This document shows, in pieces, positions 36,060 to 44,349 of a DNA stretch of 47,576 nucleotides. How positions within the stretch are numbered: position 1 is the first letter of the stretch; each line of letters starts with the position of its first letter. Source of the stretch: Candidatus Saccharimonadales bacterium (GTDB taxonomy: Bacteria; Patescibacteriota; Saccharimonadia; Saccharimonadales; JANWIN01); assembly GCA_025449905.1 (NCBI GenBank), contig JANWIN010000006.1, positions 1-47,576 on the forward strand. Direction: 5' to 3'. Position numbers and translations under genes: made by a program. The notes below the pieces were generated by a model. That model saw only the letters and a list, made by a program, of their open reading frames with translations. It was not told the DNA's origin and did not search any database.

Positions 36060-36812
36060 ATGCAGGAGGGTAAAATTAGCGCGCCGCAGCTTAGAGGTAC
36101 TAGCAAGCGCCGGCAATCAGCGGACGAACGATTACTTTTAAGCCTGGCTGAACATCTTAAATTACCGCTGCTACAAATAACCCAGAGCGCCGAGCTAGCC
36201 CGTCTCACTAACCGTCCGCTTGAGCAGCTGGAATCGATTGAGTTAACGGCCGAAAATGCCCTAAAACTTCTAGACAACTATTTATTTACTACTCAATTGG
36301 CCCAGCAGCAAATTGCCGCCGAGTTAGAGCCGGTATCACTTTCGGCAGTTTTGCATGATGTGGCCGATGATTTGCATAAACTGGCAGCTCAATATCACTG
36401 CAACTTACAACTTCATTTATCGGGTAGATATGAGCCGATTATGGCTCATCGCCGCGGTTTGGAGGCGGCTCTGACCAGTCTGGGCTATGTTTTTATCGAA
36501 GCCCAAGGCTCGGTGGAAACTGCCCATAAGCCGGTGGTAAAGCTTGCGGCTCACCGCGGTAAAAAGGGCGTAGTAGCCGGGATGTTTGCTGATGCTGAAG
36601 GCTTGAGCAGCGATATGTATCAAAAGGCTCACCAACTTTATGGTCGAGCAAGGCAACCGCTAACAGGCTTAACGGCTAGCAATGGAGCCGGAATCTTTAT
36701 TGCCGAGTCAATTTTAAGCGCAATGTCAGCGAGGCTCCGAGTAGCGCGCCATCAAAAACTAAACGGGCTGGCGGCGACATTTATGCCAAGTTACCAGTTG
36801 TCGATTGTCTAG
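36060..36812 (+). CDS. Sensor-less histidine-kinase-like protein with an H-box but degenerate ATP-binding boxes
   Basis: - H-box-like LSLAEHLKLPLLQI, with the His codon at 36153-36155.
- The N-box position reads LTSLGYVFIEA, with no Asn.
- G1-like DAEGL and G2-like NGAGIF.
- No TM or sensor domain.
- ATG at 36060 is preferred to the GTG at 36030, because TGgTATACT at 36044-36052 lies 7 nt upstream. Confidence 0.6.
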   Translation: MQEGKISAPQLRGTSKRRQSADERLLLSLAEHLKLPLLQITQSAELARLTNRPLEQLESIELTAENALKLLDNYLFTTQLAQQQIAAELEPVSLSAVLHDVADDLHKLAAQYHCNLQLHLSGRYEPIMAHRRGLEAALTSLGYVFIEAQGSVETAHKPVVKLAAHRGKKGVVAGMFADAEGLSSDMYQKAHQLYGRARQPLTGLTASNGAGIFIAESILSAMSARLRVARHQKLNGLAATFMPSYQLSIV

Positions 36813-36814
36813 AT

Positions 36815-37189
36815 ATGGCTAAGATTTTATTACTGGAACCGGATGCTTTGCTGGCTAAAAATACCCTCGGCGCATTAAAAAAGTCTGGTCATAAAATCAG
36901 CTGGCAGAGTGGTGCTCAACCTGCCATCAGCGCAATTGATAAACAAATACCGGACCTTATAATTATGGAACTACAGTTAACTGGGCATAGCGGTGTGGAA
37001 TTTTTGTACGAGCTTCAATCCTACCCGGAATGGCAAACTATCCCGGTCATTATTTACAGCCATATACCAAATGCGGGGGAGCCTGCTAAACATTGGCAGC
37101 AATTGGGTGTAGTAGCCTATTACTACAAGCCGCACACTAAACTAAAAGAACTGGCTGATTCTATTGACCACATTCTGATGACAGCATGA
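36815..37189 (+). CDS. Pseudo-receiver domain protein with the phospho-acceptor Asp replaced by Glu
   Basis: Receiver-fold pattern: LLLEPD, DLIIMELQL (Glu52, codon 36968-36970, at the Asp57-equivalent), IIYS, YYKP. Confidence 0.7.
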   Translation: MAKILLLEPDALLAKNTLGALKKSGHKISWQSGAQPAISAIDKQIPDLIIMELQLTGHSGVEFLYELQSYPEWQTIPVIIYSHIPNAGEPAKHWQQLGVVAYYYKPHTKLKELADSIDHILMTA

Positions 37190-37875
37190 AACAGACAACA
37201 ACTACAGCGATTGTTTTATCGCGAACCGATTTTGGCGAAGCTGACAGAATTTTGACAGTTTTAACAGCTGATCAAGGCAAGGTTCGGCTTTTGGCCCGCG
37301 GCGTACGCAAGGTAAAAAGTAAGTTGGCTGGGGGTATAGAACTATTTAGTGTTAATGACATTAGCTTTTTGGGTAAAGGTGAGGTTAGAACCCTTACTTC
37401 CTCACGGATGCAAAAACACTATAAAAATATTGTTAAAGACGTCGAGCGGACAATGTTTGGCTATGAAGCCTTAAAACTAATAAATAGGATTACAGAAGAT
37501 GGAGCTGGTCAAGAATATTTTGATTTGCTGGACAGCACTTTGGAAGCTATTGATGAGGCTGATGTTGAACTGGAACTAATCCGCCTGTGGCTGTATATGC
37601 AGCTTCTAAAGCTTGGCGGCCATTCTCCAAACCTCAAAACTGACACTAAAGAGCAGCCGTTAGACGAAAAACAAAAGTATAGTTTTGACTATAAAAAAAT
37701 GTCTTTTTCAGTTGCTAGCAACGGCCACTACAATTCCGCCCATATTAAGCTGCTGCGGTTAGGGCTTAGCCTAAACTCGCCGATAAAACTCAAAAACATT
37801 AGTGACTCGTCTAAAACCGCCGATGTTTGTCAGCAACTCAGCCGCTCTATGCTAGAGCAATTTGTTCGCTTATAA
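37186..37875 (+). CDS. recO: DNA repair protein RecO
   Basis: N-terminal OB fold (AIVLSRTDFGEADRILTVLTADQGKVRLLARGVRK). ATGA overlap with the upstream gene. Confidence 0.88.
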   Translation: MKQTTTTAIVLSRTDFGEADRILTVLTADQGKVRLLARGVRKVKSKLAGGIELFSVNDISFLGKGEVRTLTSSRMQKHYKNIVKDVERTMFGYEALKLINRITEDGAGQEYFDLLDSTLEAIDEADVELELIRLWLYMQLLKLGGHSPNLKTDTKEQPLDEKQKYSFDYKKMSFSVASNGHYNSAHIKLLRLGLSLNSPIKLKNISDSSKTADVCQQLSRSMLEQFVRL

Positions 37876-37882
37876 TTGCTTC

Positions 37883-38413
37883 ATGTCTAAAGTTATGATT
37901 TTAGTGGGATCGGGGACTGAAAACTCGCGATCTTTGAATTTGGCTCAAAATATTGAAAAGGCGCTTCAAAGGCAAAATATCAAAACCGAGCTAGTTGACT
38001 TGCGGATTCTGCAGCTGCCGCAGTACGACGCCACTGTCGAAAATACCGACTCATATGATGATAAAACTCGCAATTTTTTAAAAAAGTCTAAGCAGGTTGA
38101 TGGCTGCGTCTGGGTAACGCCGGTGTACCATAACAGCTACAGCAGTCTTCTAAAAACAGCGATAGATTGGCAGCATTTTTCTTTCGATGGCAAAGTTCTG
38201 GGCACAGCCAGTCATGGTGGTCAAAGTCCAGCTGCTGTTGACCAGCTATTAATGGTGGCTAGAGCTCAACATTTTGTTTCTATCCCAACAAGAGTATGTA
38301 CGCACAATAATGACTTTGACGATGATAAGCGCTTAACAAATCCAGCGATTGTAGAGCGCATAGATCATTTTGCAAACGAGTATTCGGATTTTATAAAAAG
38401 GTTTTCAAACTAA
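37883..38413 (+). CDS. NADPH-dependent FMN reductase family protein
   Basis: MSKVMILVGSGTENSRS flavodoxin-like N-terminus and a VWVTPVYHNSYSS motif. TATAAT (37871-37876, inside the recO stop region) lies 6 nt before the ATG at 37883. Confidence 0.8.
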   Translation: MSKVMILVGSGTENSRSLNLAQNIEKALQRQNIKTELVDLRILQLPQYDATVENTDSYDDKTRNFLKKSKQVDGCVWVTPVYHNSYSSLLKTAIDWQHFSFDGKVLGTASHGGQSPAAVDQLLMVARAQHFVSIPTRVCTHNNDFDDDKRLTNPAIVERIDHFANEYSDFIKRFSN

Positions 38414-38422
38414 CAGGATATA

Positions 38423-38489
38423 ACCCCGCCTATTAGATTTTGATGACGCGTTCGCATCATAAGTGATGCCAAAATCTAAGTGGCGGGGT
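38423..38489. other. Long imperfect palindrome / extended hairpin that abuts the next -10 box
   Basis: CCCCGCC(ta)TTAGATTTTG at 38424-38442 pairs with CAAAATCTAA(gt)GGCGGGG at 38470-38488. An inner hairpin ATGAcGC-GTTC-GCaTCAT spans 38443-38460. TATAAT at 38489-38494 begins immediately after the right arm. Confidence 0.6.
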
Positions 38490-38502
38490 ATAATAACGCT
38501 CA

Positions 38503-38721
38503 ATGAGCGAACTTAGTTATACAGTTGAAGATGAAATTATAATTCAGCCTGAAATTGTACGTGCATTTAGGCTCAGAGAAGGTGATATATTTACTGGGAT
38601 AACCCATAAGGTCAAACCCGGCGATAAACTTAGTGCAGTAGAAGGTACCTCTTGGCATCTAATAGACCCAAATATTCAAATTTGGGGGGGTGGTTGTTAC
38701 TTTATCCGGTGTAGAACATGA
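38503..38721 (+). CDS. Small hypothetical protein (72 aa), translationally coupled to glyQS
   Basis: The ORF has an ATGA overlap with the glyQS start. TATAAT lies 8 nt upstream of its ATG. I recognise no family. Confidence 0.4.
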   Translation: MSELSYTVEDEIIIQPEIVRAFRLREGDIFTGITHKVKPGDKLSAVEGTSWHLIDPNIQIWGGGCYFIRCRT

Positions 38722-40061
38722 CCCAAACTAAGCTAGAAGATATTGTTAGTCTTGCCAAGCGGCGAGGTTTTGTTTTTCAATCCAGCGAGATTTATGGGGG
38801 GTTAGCTGGATTTTATGATTACGGGCCACTTGGAGTTGAGCTAGCGAATAATATAAAAAAAGAATGGTGGAACACAGTTGTTAAAGAGTCCGAAAATATT
38901 TACGGGGTTGATAGCGCAATAATTCAAAATCCTAAACTTTGGGAAGCCAGTGGCCATGTCGCCGGTTTTACCGATCCACTGGTAGATTGTAAAAGCTGTG
39001 GCATGCGCCATCGGGCCGATCATTTAGCAAAAACTGACTCAACTGACTTGAAAGAGCTAGCCAAACTACTCAAAGACAAAGCTTGTCCGCACTGTGGTAA
39101 AAAAACCCTAACCGAACCGCGTACCTACAATATGATGATGAAAACCTGGGTTGGTCCGGTTGAGGATGAATCTTCAGTTGCATACTTGCGTCCAGAAACT
39201 GCCGGCCCAATGTTTACCAATTACGAGAACGTTCGTGAAACCATGCGTGCCAAATTACCATTTGGTATTGGTCAAATAGGCAAGGCTTTCCGCAACGAAA
39301 TTAGTCCGCGTGATTTTATCTTCCGCGTTCGTGAGCTCGAGCAGATGGAAATGCAGTACTTCGTAAAGCCAGACGAGCAAAAAGAAGTTTATGAGCAATG
39401 GCGCAAATTTGCTTGGGACTTTTTGATTAAAAGGGTTGGTATTAAAGAAACAAACTTAAGCTGGCATGAGCACGACAAAGATGAACGAGCTCATTATGCC
39501 GCCGCCGCGCACGATATTTACTTTAAATTTCCGTTTGGTGATAAAGAGCTGTGGGGAACACATAACCGCACTGACTTTGACCTATCAAACCATGCCAAAG
39601 CCAGCGGCAAAGACTTAGAATATTTTGACGAAGAATCAGGCAAGAAGTTTATTCCATACGTTATCGAATCATCAGTTGGTGTTGGGCGCATGTTTTTGGC
39701 GGTTTTAACTGATGCTTACACCGAAGATGAAGTTGAAGGTGAGAAAAGAATTGTTTTGAAGTTAAAACCGGAGCTGGCGCCAGTTAAAGTTGCGGTTTTT
39801 CCATTGCTTAAAAATAAGCCCGAGCTGGTTAAAAAGGCCAGGGAAGTTTATGAAAGTTTGAAAAAAGAATTTGGGGCGGTTATGTGGGATGACAATGGAA
39901 ACATTGGCAAGCGCTACCGCCGGCAGGATGAAATCGGCACACCATACTGCGTGACCATAGATTTTGACACTTTGGATAATGACACCGTAACAGTCCGCAA
40001 TCGCGACACCACCAAGCAAGAGAGAGTCAAAATCTCTGAACTTCAAGAAAAATTGAGCTGA
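38718..40061 (+). CDS. glyQS: Glycyl-tRNA synthetase, alpha2 (GlyQS) type
   Basis: RRGFVFQSSEIYGGLAGFYDYGPLG N-terminus, class II motifs (FRNEISPR, RVRELEQMEMQYF), and a C-terminal anticodon-binding domain. Confidence 0.95.
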   Translation: MTQTKLEDIVSLAKRRGFVFQSSEIYGGLAGFYDYGPLGVELANNIKKEWWNTVVKESENIYGVDSAIIQNPKLWEASGHVAGFTDPLVDCKSCGMRHRADHLAKTDSTDLKELAKLLKDKACPHCGKKTLTEPRTYNMMMKTWVGPVEDESSVAYLRPETAGPMFTNYENVRETMRAKLPFGIGQIGKAFRNEISPRDFIFRVRELEQMEMQYFVKPDEQKEVYEQWRKFAWDFLIKRVGIKETNLSWHEHDKDERAHYAAAAHDIYFKFPFGDKELWGTHNRTDFDLSNHAKASGKDLEYFDEESGKKFIPYVIESSVGVGRMFLAVLTDAYTEDEVEGEKRIVLKLKPELAPVKVAVFPLLKNKPELVKKAREVYESLKKEFGAVMWDDNGNIGKRYRRQDEIGTPYCVTIDFDTLDNDTVTVRNRDTTKQERVKISELQEKLS

Positions 40062-40062
40062 T

Positions 40063-40629
40063 ATGAAAAACGCAATTTTATTGCATGGTAGACCAGGCAA
40101 GGAAGAATATTATCATCCAAAAATGCCAAGCATGAGCAACGCTCATTGGATTCCGTGGATACAGGGCCAACTACTTAAGAAAGATATAGCAGCTGCCACG
40201 CCCGAGGTACCTTTTGCATTCGAACCAAAATGGGAAAGATGGGTCAAAGAAGTTGAAAGATTTGAAATTAATCCAGATACAATTTTAGTAGGACACAGCT
40301 GCGGGGGAGGTTTTTGGGTTAGGTATTTGAGCGAGCACCCGGAACTTGAAGTAGGGAAGATAGTACTGGTGGCTCCATGGATTGATGTTGAGCAGGAAGA
40401 TCCAAATCACTTTTTTGATTTTAAAATTGACCCCGATTTAGTTAGTAGGACAAAAGGGTTGGTGGTGTTTAACTCCGATAATGATAAAAACGATATGAAA
40501 ACATCTCTTGAAAAACTTAAGAAAGAGATTAAAGACTTAGTAGTGAAAGACTTCCATAATTATGGTCATTTCACAATTGGCTCAATGAAAACACCAGAAT
40601 TCCCAGAACTATTACAGGAACTGTTATGA
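40063..40629 (+). CDS. YdeN/RBBP9-like alpha/beta serine hydrolase
   Basis: 188 aa with a GHSCGG nucleophile elbow, and a late His (NYGHF) preceded by an acidic run (SDNDKND). Confidence 0.7.
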   Translation: MKNAILLHGRPGKEEYYHPKMPSMSNAHWIPWIQGQLLKKDIAAATPEVPFAFEPKWERWVKEVERFEINPDTILVGHSCGGGFWVRYLSEHPELEVGKIVLVAPWIDVEQEDPNHFFDFKIDPDLVSRTKGLVVFNSDNDKNDMKTSLEKLKKEIKDLVVKDFHNYGHFTIGSMKTPEFPELLQELL

Positions 40630-40636
40630 TTGAGCT

Positions 40637-41323
40637 ATGAAGCATGTGCTGATTACCGGCGGGACGGCTGGGTTAGGGAAGTTGACTGCAAAAAAACTTG
40701 GTGAGGCTGGATATTTAGTGACGATTTTAGGACATGACGCCGGACGCACAAAAGATGCGGCCAAGGAACTAGGCTGCGCGTATGTATTAGCCGATGTTTC
40801 AGACCAAGCGATGGTTAAAAAAGCTCTGGCAGATGCCACCAAAGCTAATGGCCAGATAGATATTTTGATAAATAATGCCGGTATTTGGATACAGGGAGAT
40901 TTAGAAAATAATAACCTAGAAGAAGTTCATAAAACAATTGAAATAAACGGCATAGGAGCAATCTATTGCACACACGCGGCTGTGAAAAAGATGAAGTCCA
41001 AAAAGTCAGGCAGGATTATTTTTATTAGCTCAATAAGGGCGCAACACCCAATTCCACAAAGAAGTGCTTATGTTGCTAGTAAATGGACAATGACAGGCTT
41101 TGCTAAAGCTATGCAAGAAGAGTTACGACCATTCAAAATTGGCGTGAGCATTATTTATCCGGGAGCAATGAAAGACACAAATATCTTTTCTCATGATAAG
41201 AATCACCGCGATATGACCGATGCTTTAGACCCTGAAATCGTAGCCGACACCATTGTTAATATTTGCAATTTGCCTGATAGTGTTAGTGTGCCAGAATTTG
41301 GTATAGAAAGTTTGAGTTATTAA
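40637..41323 (+). CDS. Short-chain dehydrogenase/reductase (SDR)
   Basis: TGGTAGLG cofactor motif, NNAG, and a YVASK catalytic motif. TGtTATGAT (40622-40630) lies 6 nt before the ATG. Confidence 0.9.
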   Translation: MKHVLITGGTAGLGKLTAKKLGEAGYLVTILGHDAGRTKDAAKELGCAYVLADVSDQAMVKKALADATKANGQIDILINNAGIWIQGDLENNNLEEVHKTIEINGIGAIYCTHAAVKKMKSKKSGRIIFISSIRAQHPIPQRSAYVASKWTMTGFAKAMQEELRPFKIGVSIIYPGAMKDTNIFSHDKNHRDMTDALDPEIVADTIVNICNLPDSVSVPEFGIESLSY

Positions 41324-41327
41324 TAAA

Positions 41328-41855
41328 ATGAATAGACCAAGAATTTATGCCTTTATTGACAGCCAGAACCTCAATAAAGGTACCCAAAAAATGGGCTGGA
41401 AGATGGACTGGCGAAAGTTCCGCGACTTTTTGCAGGTCAAATATGATGTTTCCAAAGCCTTTATGTTCATTGGCTTTATTGCCGGCAACGAGGATTTATA
41501 CAACCAATTGCACGACTCTGGCTACGCAATTGTGCTGAAACCAACTGTTGAACATACGACTACTGATGAAAAAGATAAACCGCAACAAACAACCAAAGGC
41601 AATGTAGACGTCGAACTGGTTCTATACGCAATGAAGGAAATGTCTAATTACGACAAATGTATTATCATCTCTGGTGACGGCGACTTTTATAGTTTGGTAG
41701 AGTATCTAGAAAAGAAAAATCGACTGGCCCACGTGATGGCGCCGAACTGGCAATATTCGAGTTTGTTAAAGCCTTATGAAAAATACATTGTGCGGTTGGA
41801 TCAGCTGAGAAATGAGCTAGCTTATCGTGATCGAAGAAAGCGGAAAAACGCTTAA
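41328..41855 (+). CDS. NYN (LabA-like, PIN-related) domain putative ribonuclease
   Basis: Acidic motifs in the NYN pattern: AFIDSQN, GNVDVEL, ISGDGDF. Confidence 0.8.
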   Translation: MNRPRIYAFIDSQNLNKGTQKMGWKMDWRKFRDFLQVKYDVSKAFMFIGFIAGNEDLYNQLHDSGYAIVLKPTVEHTTTDEKDKPQQTTKGNVDVELVLYAMKEMSNYDKCIIISGDGDFYSLVEYLEKKNRLAHVMAPNWQYSSLLKPYEKYIVRLDQLRNELAYRDRRKRKNA

Positions 41856-41929
41856 AGTATTGGAAATTTCATAGCCAAAACTAAGCCGGCTGTAATACAA
41901 TGAAGTAGATAAATAAGAAGGAGGCTATC

Positions 41930-42310
41930 ATGTTAGGAGACAAATCAGCAGCAGCAACCATTGCCGTAAAAAGCTTGGAAGCTGCAAAAAAGTTTTATGA
42001 GGGGACACTTGGGCTAAAACCACAGCCAACTGATGACCCCGATGGGGTAATCTACAAGAGTGGTAATTCGATGGTCTTTGTTTATGAGTCGCAGTTTGCC
42101 GGTACTAACAAAGCAACCGCAGCTAGCTGGGGTGTTGGCGATGACATCGAAAAAGTCGTTGAAGACCTAAGCAGTAAGGGCGTAAAGTTTGAGCACTATG
42201 ATATTCCCAAAGTTACTCGAGATGGCGATATACATGTAATGGGCGATATGAAAGCTGCTTGGTTTAAAGACCCTGACGGCAACATTCTGAACCTAGTCAA
42301 CAAAATGTAA
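41930..42310 (+). CDS. VOC (glyoxalase/bleomycin-resistance/dioxygenase) family protein
   Basis: 126 aa with a FYEGTLGL N-terminal motif and a FKDPDGNIL C-terminal motif. Canonical AAGGAGG SD upstream. Confidence 0.8.
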   Translation: MLGDKSAAATIAVKSLEAAKKFYEGTLGLKPQPTDDPDGVIYKSGNSMVFVYESQFAGTNKATAASWGVGDDIEKVVEDLSSKGVKFEHYDIPKVTRDGDIHVMGDMKAAWFKDPDGNILNLVNKM

Positions 42311-42311
42311 A

Positions 42312-43043
42312 ATGGCTAAATCCAGCAAACTAAATTTTAGCGGGCTGAGGGCGATTTACTTTAATGGTACTTTGACTAAATCGCCCGAACCCAGCCATAC
42401 AGATTTGCTAATAAACCTTAGCAAGTCAATTATGGATAAGCACGGAGTAAATACCGAAGTTATACGAACTATTGATCATGACATTGCTACAGGTGTTTAC
42501 CCAGATATGCGCGAACATGGAGCAAAGACTGACGAATGGCCAAAAATTTACAAGCGAGTTGAGCAAGCTAACATATTGGTAATCTGCGGTCCGATTTGGC
42601 TAGGTGATAATAGCTCCATGACAAAAAAAATTATTGAAAGACTATACGCCTGCTCGGGTTTATTGAATAAAAATGGGCAATATGCCTATTATGGCAAGGT
42701 TGGCGGTTCACTGATAACAGGCAACGAAGATGGCGTTAAACACTGCACAATGAACACGCTTTATAGCCTTCAGCATCTTGGCTGCGTTATCCCGCCTCAG
42801 GCTGATGCTGGCTGGATTGGTGAGGTTGGCCCGGGGGCCAGCTATGGCGACATACTCGAAGATGGCAGTCGCGAAGGTTTCGATAATGACTTTACCAACC
42901 GTAACACAACATTTATGACTTGGAACCTAATGCACCTAGCTAAGATGCTAAAAGCTAATGACGGAATTCCAGCACAAGGCAACCAGCGTAGCAAATGGGA
43001 CGCCGGCGAACGATTTGATTTTGAAAATCCAGAGTACCGTTAA
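42312..43043 (+). CDS. Flavodoxin-like NAD(P)H-dependent FMN reductase family protein
   Basis: Flavodoxin-like fold pattern (IYFNGTLTKSP...ANILVICGPIWLGDNSS). Confidence 0.7.
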   Translation: MAKSSKLNFSGLRAIYFNGTLTKSPEPSHTDLLINLSKSIMDKHGVNTEVIRTIDHDIATGVYPDMREHGAKTDEWPKIYKRVEQANILVICGPIWLGDNSSMTKKIIERLYACSGLLNKNGQYAYYGKVGGSLITGNEDGVKHCTMNTLYSLQHLGCVIPPQADAGWIGEVGPGASYGDILEDGSREGFDNDFTNRNTTFMTWNLMHLAKMLKANDGIPAQGNQRSKWDAGERFDFENPEYR

Positions 43044-43059
43044 GCTATAATAGCTGGCA

Positions 43060-44316
43060 GTGACCAAAAAGATATTTCCAAAAAATTTTTTGTGGGGAGC
43101 CAGCACGGCTAGCCATCAGGTTGAGGGCGGAACCACCAATCAATGGAGTGTGTGGGAGCTATCCCATGCCGCAGAACTGGCTAAAACCGCCGAGAAGCGT
43201 TTAGGTAATTTGCCCATTTGGAAAGATATAAAAAGTCGGGCCCAAGATCCGCATAATTATGTATCTGGTAGCGGCGTGGAGCACTACAGCAGGTATAAAG
43301 AAGATTTTGACATTGTAAAACAGCTCAACCTTAACTCCTTTCGCTTTGGCATAGAGTGGGCAAGGATTGAACCATCGCAGGGAGAATGGGACGAGAATGC
43401 GGTAGCGCACTACCACTCCTATATTAAGGAGCTTAAAAGACGCAAAATTGAACCGGTGCTAAATATTTGGCACTGGACTTTGCCAACTTGGTTTGCCGAG
43501 CAAGGCGGCTTTAAAAAATCTGAAAACCTAAAGCACTGGCAACATTTTGTAGCCAAGATCGCCGAAGAATTCGGCCGTGATTTAAACTACGTTATTACCC
43601 TAAATGAACCCAACGTTTATACCGCATCAAGTTATTTGAACGGCCAATGGCCACCTGGGGAGAAGAACCCTCTAACTTTCCTGTGGGTCTATTGGAACCT
43701 TGTGAGGGCTCATAAGTATGCATATAAAATCTTAAAAGCCAAAAATCCACGATTGCAAGTGGGTATTGCGGCACAACTTGCCAACATTCAAGCCAAGCGG
43801 CCACATAATTTTATAGATGAGCTAGTTACTAAGTGGATGCGTTATTTTTGGAACTGGATGTTTCTTCGTCGTATCCGCTTGCAACAGGACTTCATTGGTT
43901 TTAACTATTATTTTACGGATTATTTTAAAGGAGTTAGACGCCACAATCCCCAAACGCCGCTTAATGATCTGGGCTGGTATATGGAGCCAGAAGGACTATA
44001 TCCACTACTTATTAGGATTTGGACAAGGTATAAAAAGCCGATTATGGTAACCGAAAATGGCGTGGCTGACGCTGGTGACGAGCATCGCCGTTGGTGGCTG
44101 GAAGAAACCATGGTGGCTATGGAACGAGCGATTAGCGAAGGCGTGGATGTTTGCGGCTACTTCCACTGGAGCTTGCTAGATAATTTCGAGTGGGCTTATG
44201 GTTGGTGGCCAAAATTCGGTCTTGTAGAGGTAGATAGGGAACACGGTATGAAACGAACGATTCGGCCTAGCGCCAAGTGGTGGGCAGAGGAAATAAGCGA
44301 ACTACAACAAGATTGA
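43060..44316 (+). CDS. Glycoside hydrolase family 1 beta-glucosidase/beta-galactosidase
   Basis: FLWGASTASHQVEGG N-terminus, acid/base TLNEPN, nucleophile VTENG. GTG start 8 nt after TATAAT (43046-43051). Confidence 0.92.
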   Translation: MTKKIFPKNFLWGASTASHQVEGGTTNQWSVWELSHAAELAKTAEKRLGNLPIWKDIKSRAQDPHNYVSGSGVEHYSRYKEDFDIVKQLNLNSFRFGIEWARIEPSQGEWDENAVAHYHSYIKELKRRKIEPVLNIWHWTLPTWFAEQGGFKKSENLKHWQHFVAKIAEEFGRDLNYVITLNEPNVYTASSYLNGQWPPGEKNPLTFLWVYWNLVRAHKYAYKILKAKNPRLQVGIAAQLANIQAKRPHNFIDELVTKWMRYFWNWMFLRRIRLQQDFIGFNYYFTDYFKGVRRHNPQTPLNDLGWYMEPEGLYPLLIRIWTRYKKPIMVTENGVADAGDEHRRWWLEETMVAMERAISEGVDVCGYFHWSLLDNFEWAYGWWPKFGLVEVDREHGMKRTIRPSAKWWAEEISELQQD

Positions 44317-44341
44317 CTAAACATAAAGCTTGTGCTATAAT
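44313..44341 (+). promoter_or_regulatory. Near-consensus promoter: TTGACT, 17 nt, TGcTATAAT. It ends 8 nt before the ATG at 44350.
   Basis: -35 at 44313-44318 and extended -10 at 44333-44341, both read directly. Confidence 0.6.
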
Positions 44342-44349
44342 GTGGAAGT

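Noticed and set aside
38414-38502. A possible T-box leader upstream of glyQS, as in Firmicutes.
   Set aside because: The spacer is only 89 nt. It has no specifier-loop or stem I architecture, and AAGUGGCGGGGUA does not match the conserved T-box sequence (GGUGGNACCGCG).
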